This document shows positions 29,975-41,184 of a DNA stretch of 64,000 nucleotides, in pieces. Position 1 is the first letter of the stretch; each line of letters opens with the position of its first letter. Source of the DNA: Candidatus Woesearchaeota archaeon (GTDB lineage Archaea > Nanobdellota > Nanobdellia > Woesearchaeales > UBA583); the NCBI GenBank assembly GCA_023898345.1, contig CP060218.1, positions 767,777 to 831,776 of the forward strand, written 5' to 3'. Both the position numbers and the translations under genes were made by a program. The notes beneath the pieces were generated by a model. That model was not told where the DNA came from. It made no database searches and saw only the letters and a program-made list of their open reading frames with translations.

Positions 29975-31174
29975 CTATTTTCCGCTGACAATTTCAACAA
30001 TGTCGCCAAAACTTAGTATGTGATCTTTTCCAACCATCATTTTTGTTCTCACGTTAATTGCTTTGATGAAATTCTTTCCAAAATCTGTATGTAAACGATA
30101 AGCAAAATCGAGAGCTGTTGCTTTTTCTTCCATTAAAAAACAATCTGGCAAAACATTTCCTTTACTGTCTTCAAGTTTTGAAACACCGCCCGGAAAAATA
30201 GGTTTCATTTTGAGCAAGTCAAAAACAGCCGCATTCAAAGTTTCCTGTACGCCTGTCGTTCTCATTTCTTGCAGTGCTTTGGAAATGATTTCCAATCCTT
30301 TTTTTTGATTCTCATTGAGATTTTCATTAAGAATTTCAAAGTTTCCTTCACCGGGTATGTAGCGAAGTATTTGCTTTTCTTGTGCTTTTCTCAAGTTGAA
30401 CTCGTATTCTGCCATAACGGGAATAATTTTGTGCTGAGGAAATTCTTCTTTAAGTATGTTAAGCTTTTTTTCCCAGAGTTTGTTTTCTTGGAGAACATCA
30501 CATTTGTTTGCGGCTATTATCATGGGTTTGGAAAGTTCGCGAAGCTTTCTTGCTAAAGAAAAGAGTTCTTTGGAGATGGTGGTTTTGTCAATGCCTAGCT
30601 CCGACAAAGCTTGAAGTATGTGTCGTTCTTTGATGTTCAGTCCTGAGAGAACATTTACGAGAGCATGTTCTATCTTCATATCTTGCATTCGTATTTTTTT
30701 GTCGATGTTTGGCCAGTTTCTTTCTATAATATTGTAAAACCAGTGGTCAAGTTCTGCTTCCAGAAAGAGAATGTCTTCCGCGGGATTGTAACTATTTATT
30801 TCTACGGGTTCTCCTTTTTCATTTGTTCCTCCGCTGAGATCAATAATATGAATTAGAGCATCTGCTTGTCTTAAATCGTCTAGAAATTTGTTTCCTAACC
30901 CTTTGCCTTCATGAGCTCCTGGAACAAGCCCTGCAACGTCAATAATTTGAACGGGAACAAAACGAAACTCTCCTGCTACATATCCTTCTCGGGGATTTGA
31001 GTGTTTCTCAAAGTCTGTTGCTGGATCTTTTATTTTCACGTATCCTATTGCTTCGTTGGCGTCAATTGTTGTGAAGGGAAAATTTCCTGATTCGGCGTCT
31101 GCTAGTGTTAGAGAACGAAAAAAAGCAGATTTTCCCACATTTGGTTTTCCTACAATTCCTATGATCATGAACAA
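29975..31174 (-). CDS. YchF/Obg-family GTPase with C-terminal TGS domain
   Basis: GIVGKPNVGKS P-loop, GLGNKFL, NKCD, C-terminal TGS-like segment. Confidence 0.7.
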   Translation of the reverse strand: MFMIIGIVGKPNVGKSAFFRSLTLADAESGNFPFTTIDANEAIGYVKIKDPATDFEKHSNPREGYVAGEFRFVPVQIIDVAGLVPGAHEGKGLGNKFLDDLRQADALIHIIDLSGGTNEKGEPVEINSYNPAEDILFLEAELDHWFYNIIERNWPNIDKKIRMQDMKIEHALVNVLSGLNIKERHILQALSELGIDKTTISKELFSLARKLRELSKPMIIAANKCDVLQENKLWEKKLNILKEEFPQHKIIPVMAEYEFNLRKAQEKQILRYIPGEGNFEILNENLNENQKKGLEIISKALQEMRTTGVQETLNAAVFDLLKMKPIFPGGVSKLEDSKGNVLPDCFLMEEKATALDFAYRLHTDFGKNFIKAINVRTKMMVGKDHILSFGDIVEIVSGK

Positions 31175-31332
31175 GAAGATACATGAGAACTTTTAATATT
31201 TTTGTGCAGGAATGGTCTTAGAAAGTTATTGAGAATGGTCGAAAAACCTCAATTTTTGATTTGGTTTTTGATCTTCTCAAAAGATAAGCTCGTAAAACCT
31301 GCAAATTTGAGGACTCGTTGCTCTTGTCTCAC

Positions 31333-31472
31333 AAGTAAAGAAATCGCTAAAATATGCCTATCCCAATCGGAGCAGAGCTCCGGGGCATTACGGCAATTTT
31401 CAAGACGCGATTTCTAACTCCCAGCTGGGTAGTCGCAGCAGAGCTGCTGGGTATAATACCCAGCTAAGGAAT
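31333..31472 (+). repeat. 140-bp intergenic repeat, copy 2 (matches 11574-11714)
   Basis: See copy 1; same orientation, about 20 kb apart. Confidence 0.7.
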
Positions 31473-31497
31473 TATGTAGGTTTTTTGTAGCTCTCCA

Positions 31498-33483
31498 TCA
31501 TTCTCGGACTTGCCGAAGAACAACGACGCCGTAGGGAGCTATGCTTGAAAGTTCTACTTCTCTGTCTAAAAGCTCAAAACTTGTACTTGCGTTATTCTCA
31601 AAAACAGCAGGGTAACTTACCAATCCAAAACCCGCATAGCCAAATTCATCAGAATTAAGCACTAGTTCGTACTTATTCTTGTCTGTAAGTCCGACTTTGT
31701 AGTTGTAGTGCCGCCAGCTCGACAAATTAAGAACAATTACATACTTTGAATCATCAGAACTTCTCTCTATCACAAAAACCTTATTTTTCTCATCAACACT
31801 CAAAACCTTTCTCTTATCAACATGAAGCGGCCAAAATGCTTTGTCGTCCATTATCTCATTAACGCGCTTTTTGTACTGAAGAAGATTACGACTCGCCTCA
31901 TTGTATGTCAGATGCCAGTGTACAGAGCTGTCATGTTCAAAGGTTCCGCTTTGCATAAGAAAAGTTTGAAGAAGATCCAAAATTCTCCCTTCTTGGGTAA
32001 AAGCAATAAGCGCTTCCATGACTTTTATTTTTCCTAAAGCATGAATATGATTGTGTGGCTGTTTGCATGTCATAGCGTCATACGCATACGAACCCGTCGC
32101 TCGCATTTCCATAAGTCCGGCCGCCGCATCATGATTGTGAAAATCGCTGACTGTCGAATTAGATTGTCCCCACTCTTTTTCAGAAATAATGTCTCTAATT
32201 TTCCAAGGGCTAATTTCGTTTGCTGCCTTTGGCATGTAATCCGCATGAAAAAAGTAGGTGAGACGAGACTCATTGTATGCCGTTGCGCCCAAAGAACGAT
32301 CACTGCTCTCAAGAGGCGTCACCAAAAGTTTGGCATTGTCCTCATAAAAATAATGAGCTTCAAAATGAAGAAGTGCTGCTGGATTGTACGCATAAAGCGA
32401 CGACGTTAACTCCCGAAGAAAAACTCTCCCATTTTGCCTTTCTTCTCCCTCTCCTGTATCACCATAACGCAAAATGCCATCGACATTGTCAATACGAAAG
32501 CCGTCAATTCTGTACTGCTTGAGAAAATGCAGACAACTGGAAATAAAAAACTCGCGCACAAAGGTATTGTCAAAATCAAGTCGTTTCGTTCCCCAAGAAG
32601 TCTCATCTTTTAGATAAAGATCTGTCCCGTTATCCTTCTTCCAAACTTGAAGGCCATTCTCTTTGCAATCTTGTCCAAAAATAGAATAATCTTTGAAGGG
32701 CAAATGTCCGAGCACAAAGTCCCCAATAACAGCAATTCCTCTTTCATGAAATGCATCTACCATGCGAGCGAACTCGTCTGGCGTTCCCCAATTCTTCTGA
32801 ATGGCAAATTGAAAGGGAACAAGATAACGGAATTTCCAATTTTCCCCATCGATACTTTGAGCAAAAGGAAGAAATTGAACTGTGTTAAAACCAAGCTCTT
32901 TTATACTATCAATAACGCCGGACTCACTAATAAATTTATAATAATTTTTTGGATGAACATCCTTGCCGCAACGACTTTGTTTGTCGCTGTAATGGGTAAT
33001 TAGTCCGGGAAGGTCTGTTTGGAGAATTTTTGTCGAGCGAGTAAAGGTGTTGATTGTGTTTTGCTGCTGCCTGTACGAGGAAGGATCTTGAAAATCCCAG
33101 AAGACACTGTTGCCCATGTCGTCAAAATATGACGCTGCCGGATCTTGAAGAATGCGTTTTCCTTCTAAATCGACAACAAGAAGTTTGTACGCCGCCTTGT
33201 GTTTGACGATGTTTGTCAAAGTAAGAGTTGCAAAAATGTTATGTTCGTCGGAGCTGAATTTGTACTCTCCTAGTTTGTTCAAATCCTGTTCCCAATTGTT
33301 AAAATCCCCGATAAGATAAACATAAGCTTTACTATCTTTCAAAAGAGAGAACTGGACACTCTTTGCACTCCCATCTTCATTTCTTTCAAGCACTTGTGGT
33401 CCAAAACGACTTTTCCAGCTCCCCATGTCCTTTGTCGGCGTCTGCTCATGATAGCATTTCTCCCACTGGTACTTTTCGTCCAT
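31498..33483 (-). CDS. Alpha-amylase family glycoside hydrolase (GH13-like)
   Basis: DGFRIDNVDG and VIGDFVLGH motifs resembling GH13 catalytic regions. Confidence 0.5.
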   Translation of the reverse strand: MDEKYQWEKCYHEQTPTKDMGSWKSRFGPQVLERNEDGSAKSVQFSLLKDSKAYVYLIGDFNNWEQDLNKLGEYKFSSDEHNIFATLTLTNIVKHKAAYKLLVVDLEGKRILQDPAASYFDDMGNSVFWDFQDPSSYRQQQNTINTFTRSTKILQTDLPGLITHYSDKQSRCGKDVHPKNYYKFISESGVIDSIKELGFNTVQFLPFAQSIDGENWKFRYLVPFQFAIQKNWGTPDEFARMVDAFHERGIAVIGDFVLGHLPFKDYSIFGQDCKENGLQVWKKDNGTDLYLKDETSWGTKRLDFDNTFVREFFISSCLHFLKQYRIDGFRIDNVDGILRYGDTGEGEERQNGRVFLRELTSSLYAYNPAALLHFEAHYFYEDNAKLLVTPLESSDRSLGATAYNESRLTYFFHADYMPKAANEISPWKIRDIISEKEWGQSNSTVSDFHNHDAAAGLMEMRATGSYAYDAMTCKQPHNHIHALGKIKVMEALIAFTQEGRILDLLQTFLMQSGTFEHDSSVHWHLTYNEASRNLLQYKKRVNEIMDDKAFWPLHVDKRKVLSVDEKNKVFVIERSSDDSKYVIVLNLSSWRHYNYKVGLTDKNKYELVLNSDEFGYAGFGLVSYPAVFENNASTSFELLDREVELSSIAPYGVVVLRQVRE

Positions 33484-33691
33484 TACTTCTTGTAAGAGTT
33501 TCGCTTTATAGTTTTTATTTTTTCGACACAGTGAAAAAATTCTGTTTTGAGGTTGAAGGAAAATTTTGTTCGGCGCCGCTTTCAGTGATAGAAGACTTCA
33601 AAAAAAACAGATACTTGCCCTAAACATTTTTTAGCTCCTCTTTTGAAAAAGTAAAAGATACTAGAATGAATATAGTTTTCCACAAAAATAA

Positions 33692-34912
33692 TTATTTTTG
33701 TCTCTCTTCCAGTTTCTTTGTTCGTTTGCTATAGGGTGTTCTCGGAGTATAATACCCAGCTAAGGAATTAAAAACTTCTGCGGAGCACCATAGAATAAAA
33801 AACAAAACCCCTCCCATGATATAAAACCCGAGTTTGTATGAAGTGTTCATAAAAAAACCGATACTAAAAACAAGAGAAAAATTAAATACCATCGAAATTT
33901 GTCCTTTAATAGAAAGAATAGTCGCTTTGTACCTCTTATCAGCAATATAATGCTTTAGTAAATATCCATCGACAAATGTTCTTCTTCCCATTTCATATGC
34001 TCCAACAAGAATAAGAACAAAAGCTACTACATAAAAGGAATTTGAAAAAGCAATAATAAAAAATGATAACGGAAAAAAAACTGTGTCGAAAAGAAGAATT
34101 TTTTTGATAGGTAAACTTTTTTCAAATCTTCCCAGATTTTTCCCCATAAAAAACTGAAGAAAAGCGGACAAACCCAAAACCACACCAAGTGCTACAATTG
34201 GAAAGCCAAGTGTTTCTAAATATGGAAATATAAAATTTGTTTTTGCAATAGAAAAACCTGTAATTGCTCCTGTAAACGTTGCTAAAGGCAAAAATAACGT
34301 TCCTTTAACTTCCTTGAATACTTGTAACAAAGAGATATGCTTTACTGATTTTTCAGGAAGTGTTGGATTCACAAGAGACAAAGCAAAAAGAAAACCAATA
34401 CTATCAAAACCTAACCCAATTAGGAGGGGAGTTTCTAAGCTAAGCTTTGTCGTATACGGAATAAGAGTAATAAGAACTGCACTAACAAGTGAAGCATAAG
34501 CAGTTATTTTGGTACTGATACTCATAAACTCATCTTCTTTTTTCAAACTTACAAGTGTTTCATGAAGAAATGCAGCTCTTGTGCCAGACTGGGCGGCAAA
34601 GGATAAGGAGGTAAAAATTGCTCCTAAAACAAAAAAAAGTAAAGAAGCACCATAGAGAAAACTCACTACTGCTAAAATCATAAATAGTTTAGCTAAAACT
34701 AGCATTTTTTTATGTCCAATTTTATCTGAGATGTATCCACTTGGAATTTCAAAAAGAAACTCTGCCAAATATCCCATTCCAGACCAAAAGCCGATTTGAA
34801 CAGCATTTGCGTTTGGTAAAGTTAAAAAATATAGAGAAAGAATTGGAAGATAATACCTTCTCTGTGTAAGCTGAAGAATAAATAATTTCCAGATATTATG
34901 CTGTAATTCCAT
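33692..34912 (-). CDS. MFS-type transporter (C-terminal about 30 aa likely read-through of an intergenic repeat)
   Basis: About 12 TM helices; 3' end overlaps the repeat block at 33735-33790. Confidence 0.6.
   Translation of the reverse strand: MELQHNIWKLFILQLTQRRYYLPILSLYFLTLPNANAVQIGFWSGMGYLAEFLFEIPSGYISDKIGHKKMLVLAKLFMILAVVSFLYGASLLFFVLGAIFTSLSFAAQSGTRAAFLHETLVSLKKEDEFMSISTKITAYASLVSAVLITLIPYTTKLSLETPLLIGLGFDSIGFLFALSLVNPTLPEKSVKHISLLQVFKEVKGTLFLPLATFTGAITGFSIAKTNFIFPYLETLGFPIVALGVVLGLSAFLQFFMGKNLGRFEKSLPIKKILLFDTVFFPLSFFIIAFSNSFYVVAFVLILVGAYEMGRRTFVDGYLLKHYIADKRYKATILSIKGQISMVFNFSLVFSIGFFMNTSYKLGFYIMGGVLFFILWCSAEVFNSLAGYYTPRTPYSKRTKKLEERQK
33735..33790. repeat. Composite repeat: hairpin-family element interrupted by a 22-bp fragment (33747-33768) of the 140-bp repeat
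   Basis: gttctcggag + gtataatacccagctaaggaat + taaaaacttctgcggagcac. Confidence 0.55.
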
Positions 34913-34985
34913 TTTTCTTTTTTCTATAGTTCTAAAACAAGTTTTGGTTTTGAAGAGCTAGCCTTGCATACAGCTGACCCTTAAA

Positions 34986-35453
34986 CTAAAGTAATACATA
35001 CTTTTGGCTTTCTTCGAGAACTTCGCTTATTTGAAGAAATCTCTTAACAACTCCATCAATTGTCTGAATTTTTGGTTCAAACTCCTCCAATTCAGAAAGT
35101 TTAACCCATTTGTATTCAGAATATTCTTCATTTATTTCAATTTCACCTTCTTCAAAAATTCCATAATAATGTGGTAAAACCATGGAGGTCCCATTTTTTT
35201 TAACATAAAATTCATTCGTAACAAAATCAAAGAATACTTTAATTCTACACTTAGTTCCTAATTCTTCTCTTTTTTCTCTTCTTACTCCATTTTCTAAAGA
35301 AGCATCAGAGGTTTCCATCTTCCCTCCCGGAAATGAGAATATCCCATCAAAATCGGCTTCGCCTTTTCTTTTACATAAAAGAATTTTGGTTTTATCTTTT
35401 GAAAAAATAACTAGTTTTTGGCAATATTGAAATAATGTCTCGTCTTCTCCCAT
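34986..35453 (-). CDS. NUDIX hydrolase
   Basis: Nudix box GGKMETSDASLENGVRREKREELG. Confidence 0.75.
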   Translation of the reverse strand: MGEDETLFQYCQKLVIFSKDKTKILLCKRKGEADFDGIFSFPGGKMETSDASLENGVRREKREELGTKCRIKVFFDFVTNEFYVKKNGTSMVLPHYYGIFEEGEIEINEEYSEYKWVKLSELEEFEPKIQTIDGVVKRFLQISEVLEESQKYVLL

Positions 35454-35587
35454 AAGAAACCTTTTTCAAAGAATATTATAAAAATTTCGAAAGACTTCTT
35501 CGTGAAAAAAATCTGGAAATCCAAAAATTACTTTTGCAGTGCACAATATCTTTGTTTCCCAAAGAGTGTTCTTTTTTTCGTAGCTCC

Positions 35588-36217
35588 TCATTGTTCTTTC
35601 TTTTCTTTTTCCTTTTTTTCGTCTTTGAAAAAGAAATCGTGCTTTCTTGCTTCTTCCATAACATCTTCATATAATTCTTTTATTATTGGATTAAGTATTC
35701 TTGGTCTTTTATTGGCATCTATTTTTGTATATGTAATTTTATGTTCTTTCCAATCTCTTCCTTGAGAGAGAAGATTTTGCACCATAGGCTGGAGTTTGTC
35801 GATGGAATAGACTATTTTACTTTCCTCACTTTTTCTTTCTTCGTATTCTTTTGTTAGTTTTTCTACTCGTTCTCGAATCGTTGGCGGAAGTTTTTCTAAA
35901 AGTTTTATGAGTGCTTTTTTCTCTCTCTCCTCTTTTGTCTTAAGTGCTTCTTTGTCAAAGATAAAAGTATCTCCGGCATAGAGTTCTGCAAGGTCATGAA
36001 TAATTGCAAACTCCAACATTTTTGCATAATCAAGTTCTTCTGAAAATTCTTCTTTGAGGAGAATGAGGTACATTGCAAGGTGCCAGCTGTGTTCGGCGTC
36101 GTTTTCGTAGCGATTAGAATGAGGAAGATAAATTTTACGTTCAATAGACTTAAAGGCATCAATTTCTTTGAGAAAATCAAGTATTTCTTTTCTTCTTTCT
36201 TTCTTCATCTTCTTCAT
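35588..36217 (-). CDS. HD-domain phosphohydrolase (YfbR-like)
   Basis: HSWHLAMY and IIHDLAELYAGD motifs. Confidence 0.7.
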   Translation of the reverse strand: MKKMKKERRKEILDFLKEIDAFKSIERKIYLPHSNRYENDAEHSWHLAMYLILLKEEFSEELDYAKMLEFAIIHDLAELYAGDTFIFDKEALKTKEEREKKALIKLLEKLPPTIRERVEKLTKEYEERKSEESKIVYSIDKLQPMVQNLLSQGRDWKEHKITYTKIDANKRPRILNPIIKELYEDVMEEARKHDFFFKDEKKEKEKKEQ

Positions 36218-36291
36218 TTAAAACTTGTAAAAACATTTAAACTTTTACAAAAAGCAGAATTAGTTTCTTGGGTAAATCGGACAAAACTTCT

Positions 36292-36843
36292 TTATCCTGC
36301 GGGATGATATGGCCCTGCCACAGTCTCAAAATTTCTTTTTTCCCATTCTTCTCTTAAACAGGATCTAAATTCTTTTGAAATAGTAATCCCATCTTTATGG
36401 AAGGCCATTCTGATTTGAGGTGATTCTGGAAGCACATTAAAAGAAGATTTTCCCCAGTAACGGTAGGTTTCTCCCTCAGGACTTCTGTCAAAATTCCCTA
36501 GCTCTTTCAGTGCAGGAGAAGAGGGCCCACCAAAGATGAATGTGTCAGTTAGTCTCACCGTTTTCTCTGGAGTTTCCTGCGTTAAGGTAAGAACTGATTC
36601 CCCTGCATCCCAAGGAAATGTTACTCTTACACTGTAATTCCCACATTTTGAAGAACAGAGAATATAAGGAGCCCCATTCTTTGTTCTTTCTTCAAAACAA
36701 GTGTTCTTTGTTGATACAAGCTCTCCCAAGAGAGAAGCTACTTCTGCAACATATTGAGATTGAATTTCTGTTTGCTCTGCTGCTAGAGATATACCCGAAC
36801 TTAAACTTAGAACTCCAATTAGGGATACAAGTTGTTTTTTCAT
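36292..36843 (-). CDS. Secreted hypothetical protein
   Basis: N-terminal signal peptide-like segment MKKQLVSLIGVLSLSSGISLA. Confidence 0.4.
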   Translation of the reverse strand: MKKQLVSLIGVLSLSSGISLAAEQTEIQSQYVAEVASLLGELVSTKNTCFEERTKNGAPYILCSSKCGNYSVRVTFPWDAGESVLTLTQETPEKTVRLTDTFIFGGPSSPALKELGNFDRSPEGETYRYWGKSSFNVLPESPQIRMAFHKDGITISKEFRSCLREEWEKRNFETVAGPYHPAG

Positions 36844-36946
36844 TTCTCATTAGTAACAAGTCTACAAATATAAACCTTTATCTTGTGCTCTGGCAACGAA
36901 AACAGAGAAAGTTTAAAAAAATTCCTCAAGCACTACTTATCTGAAC

Positions 36947-38191
36947 ATGGTATTTGAGGTACTCAAAGGAACAAAAGACTATGAACCTGCACTGCAAATT
37001 GTAGTGAATGAAGTTGTTAGCACTCTTGCAAAAAACTTTGAGCGACATGGTTTTCGTCCCTTTGAAACACCAACTATTGAATATTTTGAAACACTGACAA
37101 ACAAGTACGACGAAGACAGCGAGATTGTACAGGAAATCTTCAAAGTCATGGATAGAGGTGGAAGAACTTTGGGCCTACGCTACGATTTGACGGTCCCGCT
37201 GTGTAGATACATTGCTCAAAAAAAGCAACTCAAACTTCCTTTCCGTCGCTACCATGTAGCTAAAGTTTTTCGGGATGGACCTACAAAACCGGGTCGTTCA
37301 CGAGAATTTATGCAGTGTGATGCTGACGTTGTTGGCATAGAAGGTGTTGAAGTTGAAGCAGAACTTCTTTCTATGTTTTATGAAGGATACAAGAAACTTG
37401 GGATCAATGCAATTCTTGAGTTGAACTCAAATAAAATTCTTAGGGGGGTCTTTCTTCAATTTGGTTTTGAGGAAAACGATTTGCAGTCACTCATCCTCAG
37501 CACTGACAAACTGAAAAAAATTGGTATGGACAAGGTTCTTGCTGAGATGAAATCTCAACATTATGATGAAGAAAGGGCAAAAAAAGCTCTCCAACTCCTC
37601 TGTGAAAATGACATAAAAGAACTGAGAGAAAAAGCTCAAAATCCTCTTCTTGTACAAGGAGTGGAAGAACTTTCTTCTCTTCTCGCTTTGCTGGATGTTT
37701 TGCAAGTTCAGTACAGAGTCAATCTTAGTATGTCAAGAGGACTAAACATTTATACCGGAAATATCTGGGAAGCCTATGATAAGGATGAGCACATTAGTTC
37801 TTCCATTGGCTCTGGTGGTCGCTATGACAACGCTATTGGAAACTTCATTGGCGACGGACGTAGCTTTCCTGCCGTCGGTGTAAGTTATGGTATTGTCCCC
37901 GTTCTTGAATGTCTCAAAGAGAAAGAGCACAGAGAGGGAGTAACGGACATTCTTGTCATTCCTCTTGACGAAAGTTTAGTTCTTCAAGCACTTTCTCTTG
38001 CAAAACTGTTGAGAGAAGAAGAGCAGAATACCGAAGTTTTTTATGGATTTAAACTTAAAAAAGCATTTGATTATGCAGACTATTTGGGTATAAAACAGCT
38101 AGCAATTTTAGGAAAAAAAGATATCGAGGGTGGAGTTTACACTCTAAGAAATCTTCAAAGCAAAGAAGAAAGAAAAATAAGTTTTAGTTAA
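36947..38191 (+). CDS. hisS: Histidyl-tRNA synthetase
   Basis: Class II motifs FRRYHVAKVFRDGP..GRSREFMQCD and GSGGRYDN. Confidence 0.75.
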   Translation: MVFEVLKGTKDYEPALQIVVNEVVSTLAKNFERHGFRPFETPTIEYFETLTNKYDEDSEIVQEIFKVMDRGGRTLGLRYDLTVPLCRYIAQKKQLKLPFRRYHVAKVFRDGPTKPGRSREFMQCDADVVGIEGVEVEAELLSMFYEGYKKLGINAILELNSNKILRGVFLQFGFEENDLQSLILSTDKLKKIGMDKVLAEMKSQHYDEERAKKALQLLCENDIKELREKAQNPLLVQGVEELSSLLALLDVLQVQYRVNLSMSRGLNIYTGNIWEAYDKDEHISSSIGSGGRYDNAIGNFIGDGRSFPAVGVSYGIVPVLECLKEKEHREGVTDILVIPLDESLVLQALSLAKLLREEEQNTEVFYGFKLKKAFDYADYLGIKQLAILGKKDIEGGVYTLRNLQSKEERKISFS

Positions 38192-38886
38192 CTTTTTCTT
38201 GGCTAAGAAAAATGATGAGTTTTTGTAAAGTACACGATGCTCTCGAAAATTGATGTCCCTAGAGCAGTAAAAAGAGTCAAGTAAGCAAAGAAGATAAAGA
38301 AAAGCATTACTTGCTCCATCCCGGAAGCAGAACTATTATGGATAAACTGCAAATAAAAAACAGAGGCTGCCACAAAGGACCCCGAGGAAAGAAATGTGTA
38401 ATATCTCGCATTTGAATGTTTTTTCATATGTCAGGATCTAGAATGATAATATATTAACTTTTGTAATTCCTCAAAAGAAGTATTGAGCAAATTTTTTCTA
38501 AAAACTCTTAATAAATGGAAAAAAATTCAAAAAAATTCAAAAAAGATTAAATTTTTTCCACAAAAATCAGCCTCAAAAGTCCTAACACACCAGAGCCAAA
38601 CTTTTTTTCTAGCTTGTGCTCTTGCTTACTCTCTCCAAAAGTAAAAATTGTTTAACCTTCTTCTTTCTTAAAGACATCCTTCCAAAACTCTGTTTTGAAC
38701 GATAGATTTTTTAGACAAGGCATCTCTGTTCTCTTATGGTTGAAATACTATTCAATGAAAAACTTGGGAATTACACATTCAAAAAAGAGATTGATAATGT
38801 TCCTTCTGTCAAACGAGTGCCTATAAAATTCAAGGCCGAGGACAGTACAGCCCGCTTCAGAAAAGAAGACTTACGAAAAGAACTCC

Positions 38887-40509
38887 TTACTGCAAAGAAG
38901 CAACCTTTCGAAGATAAGCCTTAAATTCTTCCATTACTTTTGTTCGGCCATATTCAACAAATTTCACAGAACCTGCTCTTTCGTGTCCGCCACCTTCTGC
39001 TCTTGTATAAGGATGTTCTCTCATAATTTGTCCTGCAAATTCCGGAATAGAGATCCGAGAAATTCCGTCGCTCACGCGAACTGTCAGAAAGGTCGAACCA
39101 GAGGTTGCTGTAACAATTGGCTTGTCAAGTCCTTGTTCAAAAATCTTGTGAATATGATTTGTTGTTTTTCCAACAGCAGGATATTCCCCCCTATTTGTCC
39201 CTTTTTCTCCATCAAAGTGAATAAGATAAAAAGGACCAAAATCTTCTTTTTCAGCATAATATTGTGCAACTTCTTCAACTTGTTTGTAACGCTTTTCGAG
39301 CTCAGGAGCAAGGAGTTGGACAATTCTTTCTTGTGCAGCCTTATTTTTTCCAAAAAGATCGTCAATAAATTCTCTCGATTCCTGAAATCGCAAGTAATGA
39401 GATTGCATATCGACAATTTCCCCTAACTTTGCCATGTAGTCCTGTGTATAACCTTCCGCCTCTGCTTGTACTATGTACTGATCTTTCTCTGTACCATCAC
39501 AGTGATCGAGAATAGCAGCCATCGCAGGAATAAGAACGGAGTTTGTGTGTTTGTCGTGAATGAAGTTTGCAAGTTCAAAGCCAAGCATTCCTGTACAAAC
39601 ATTCGAGTCAAACCCTTCAAGATAAGGATTGATGTGGGCTTCAATATATTTGTCAACTTCAACTTTTCCATCTTTAACCTCTCCTGGATAATGATGATCA
39701 ACAACAACAATTTTAGCGTCATACAAAAGCATCTGCTGCATTGCTAGAATATCTTCTTGTGTCGAACCATTGTCTGTAATGATAATGAGTGGGGGCTTAT
39801 ACCCGTTTTTTACTTTGTCGCGAAGCCAGTAGCATAAATCTTTGACTGCATCTTCGTATTCATAGAATGGAGCTTTTGAGGGCGCACGTCTGTATAATTG
39901 ATACTGAGACAAAAGATCGTTTCCGGTTATTTCATCCATAAAGGACAGTATTGCTCTCTCTATCGTAATTGCTGAAGAATACCCATCACAGTCGGCATTG
40001 TGTCTCAAAAGAATGGGGCGCCCTTCAAGAACTGCCTCTCTAATGATACTTGCAACCTGTACAAATCTCGGCTTAAGTTTTTCTAAAACTTCAGATTGGA
40101 TGGAAAAAGATGTTGAGACTGGCTTTACTTTGTCGAGCTGCTGTTTATCTATTGCTTTTTGGAACTTTGCACTGTCTTTGCTACTTAATTTTTCCATAGA
40201 ATATGCTTCTCCTTCTATGCTGTCCTTTCGCTCTCGAACTTCAAAGCCAACTTTGACGTCGTCTTCCAACTCAATCTCTGGATATGCTCGTGCTCCTGGC
40301 CTTAGGAAAGCTTTTAGCGTAAAATTCGCCGTCCCGTCATTAAGGACCATGAGTGTTGGCCCTGATGTTTGCTTGATCGTTTTTACTCGTGCTTGAAGTT
40401 CGAATTTCTTTCCAACATCCTCAGAAGTAATTTCTCGAAATGTTTTTGTCATTATTCTTTTGAGTGAGGGCCCGTTTATAAGATTACTGTCTATTCTAGT
40501 TGTCCACAA
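38887..40509 (-). CDS. Archaeal RecJ/GAN-like DHH-family nuclease with N-terminal OB fold
   Basis: DHH motifs RHNADCDGYSS, ITDNG, VVDHH and DHHA1 GGGHERAG. Confidence 0.75.
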   Translation of the reverse strand: MWTTRIDSNLINGPSLKRIMTKTFREITSEDVGKKFELQARVKTIKQTSGPTLMVLNDGTANFTLKAFLRPGARAYPEIELEDDVKVGFEVRERKDSIEGEAYSMEKLSSKDSAKFQKAIDKQQLDKVKPVSTSFSIQSEVLEKLKPRFVQVASIIREAVLEGRPILLRHNADCDGYSSAITIERAILSFMDEITGNDLLSQYQLYRRAPSKAPFYEYEDAVKDLCYWLRDKVKNGYKPPLIIITDNGSTQEDILAMQQMLLYDAKIVVVDHHYPGEVKDGKVEVDKYIEAHINPYLEGFDSNVCTGMLGFELANFIHDKHTNSVLIPAMAAILDHCDGTEKDQYIVQAEAEGYTQDYMAKLGEIVDMQSHYLRFQESREFIDDLFGKNKAAQERIVQLLAPELEKRYKQVEEVAQYYAEKEDFGPFYLIHFDGEKGTNRGEYPAVGKTTNHIHKIFEQGLDKPIVTATSGSTFLTVRVSDGISRISIPEFAGQIMREHPYTRAEGGGHERAGSVKFVEYGRTKVMEEFKAYLRKVASLQ

Positions 40510-40543
40510 GACTCATTCTTTTTGTCTCTTCCCTCTCACTATA

Positions 40544-40576
40544 GTGTTCTCGAAGTTAAAAACTTCTGAGGAGCAT
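40544..40576. repeat. Hairpin-family repeat, copy 3
   Basis: gtgttctcgaagttaaaaacttctgaggagcat in the divergent intergenic region. Confidence 0.6.
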
Positions 40577-40644
40577 GATAAGAAATAACCTGACTATGCA
40601 ACCTAGAAGAATTCTTATAAAGAGACAAGAATTGCTTATGCTTT

Positions 40645-41127
40645 ATGACTGTTGAAAGAACGTTTGTCATGATTAAGCCCGATGGTGTACAGCGAGCCTT
40701 AGTTGGTGAGTTGATTTCTCGTTTTGAAAGAACTGGCCTTAAGCTAGTAGCAATGAAATTTGTCCACGTTGATGCGGATTTTTCTAAAAAGCATTATGCT
40801 GAACATGTTAGTAAGCCTTTTTACAAGGGTTTAGAAGACCTCTTAGTCTCAGGGCCTGTTGTCGCAATGGTTTTTGAAGGTGCAAAAGCAATCTCACTTG
40901 TGCGAAAACTCGTAGGTGCAACAGAACCTGCATCCTCGGCACCAGGAACAATTAGAGGGGACTATGCACATATGAGTTATGGAAGAGCAGACGCCAAAGG
41001 AGTGGGAGTCCCTAACCTTATTCACGCGTCAGACAGTACTGAAAATGCTCAGAAAGAAATCCACCTCTGGTTCTCTGAAAGTGAACTCTTTGATAACTAC
41101 GAAACAGTTCATCAAAAATTTATGTAG
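40645..41127 (+). CDS. ndk: Nucleoside diphosphate kinase
   Basis: [22 protein letters not shown] active-site region. Confidence 0.9.
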   Translation: MTVERTFVMIKPDGVQRALVGELISRFERTGLKLVAMKFVHVDADFSKKHYAEHVSKPFYKGLEDLLVSGPVVAMVFEGAKAISLVRKLVGATEPASSAPGTIRGDYAHMSYGRADAKGVGVPNLIHASDSTENAQKEIHLWFSESELFDNYETVHQKFM

Positions 41128-41184
41128 TTTTTTTCTTAAAAGCTTCTTCCCCTTCTTTTTGAAAGAGAGATGTTTCCATACATC

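Noticed and set aside
38428-38735. About 300-bp AT-rich non-coding gap as a possible ncRNA
   Set aside because: No recognisable structure or conserved motif by eye; most likely a promoter region for the divergent flanking genes.
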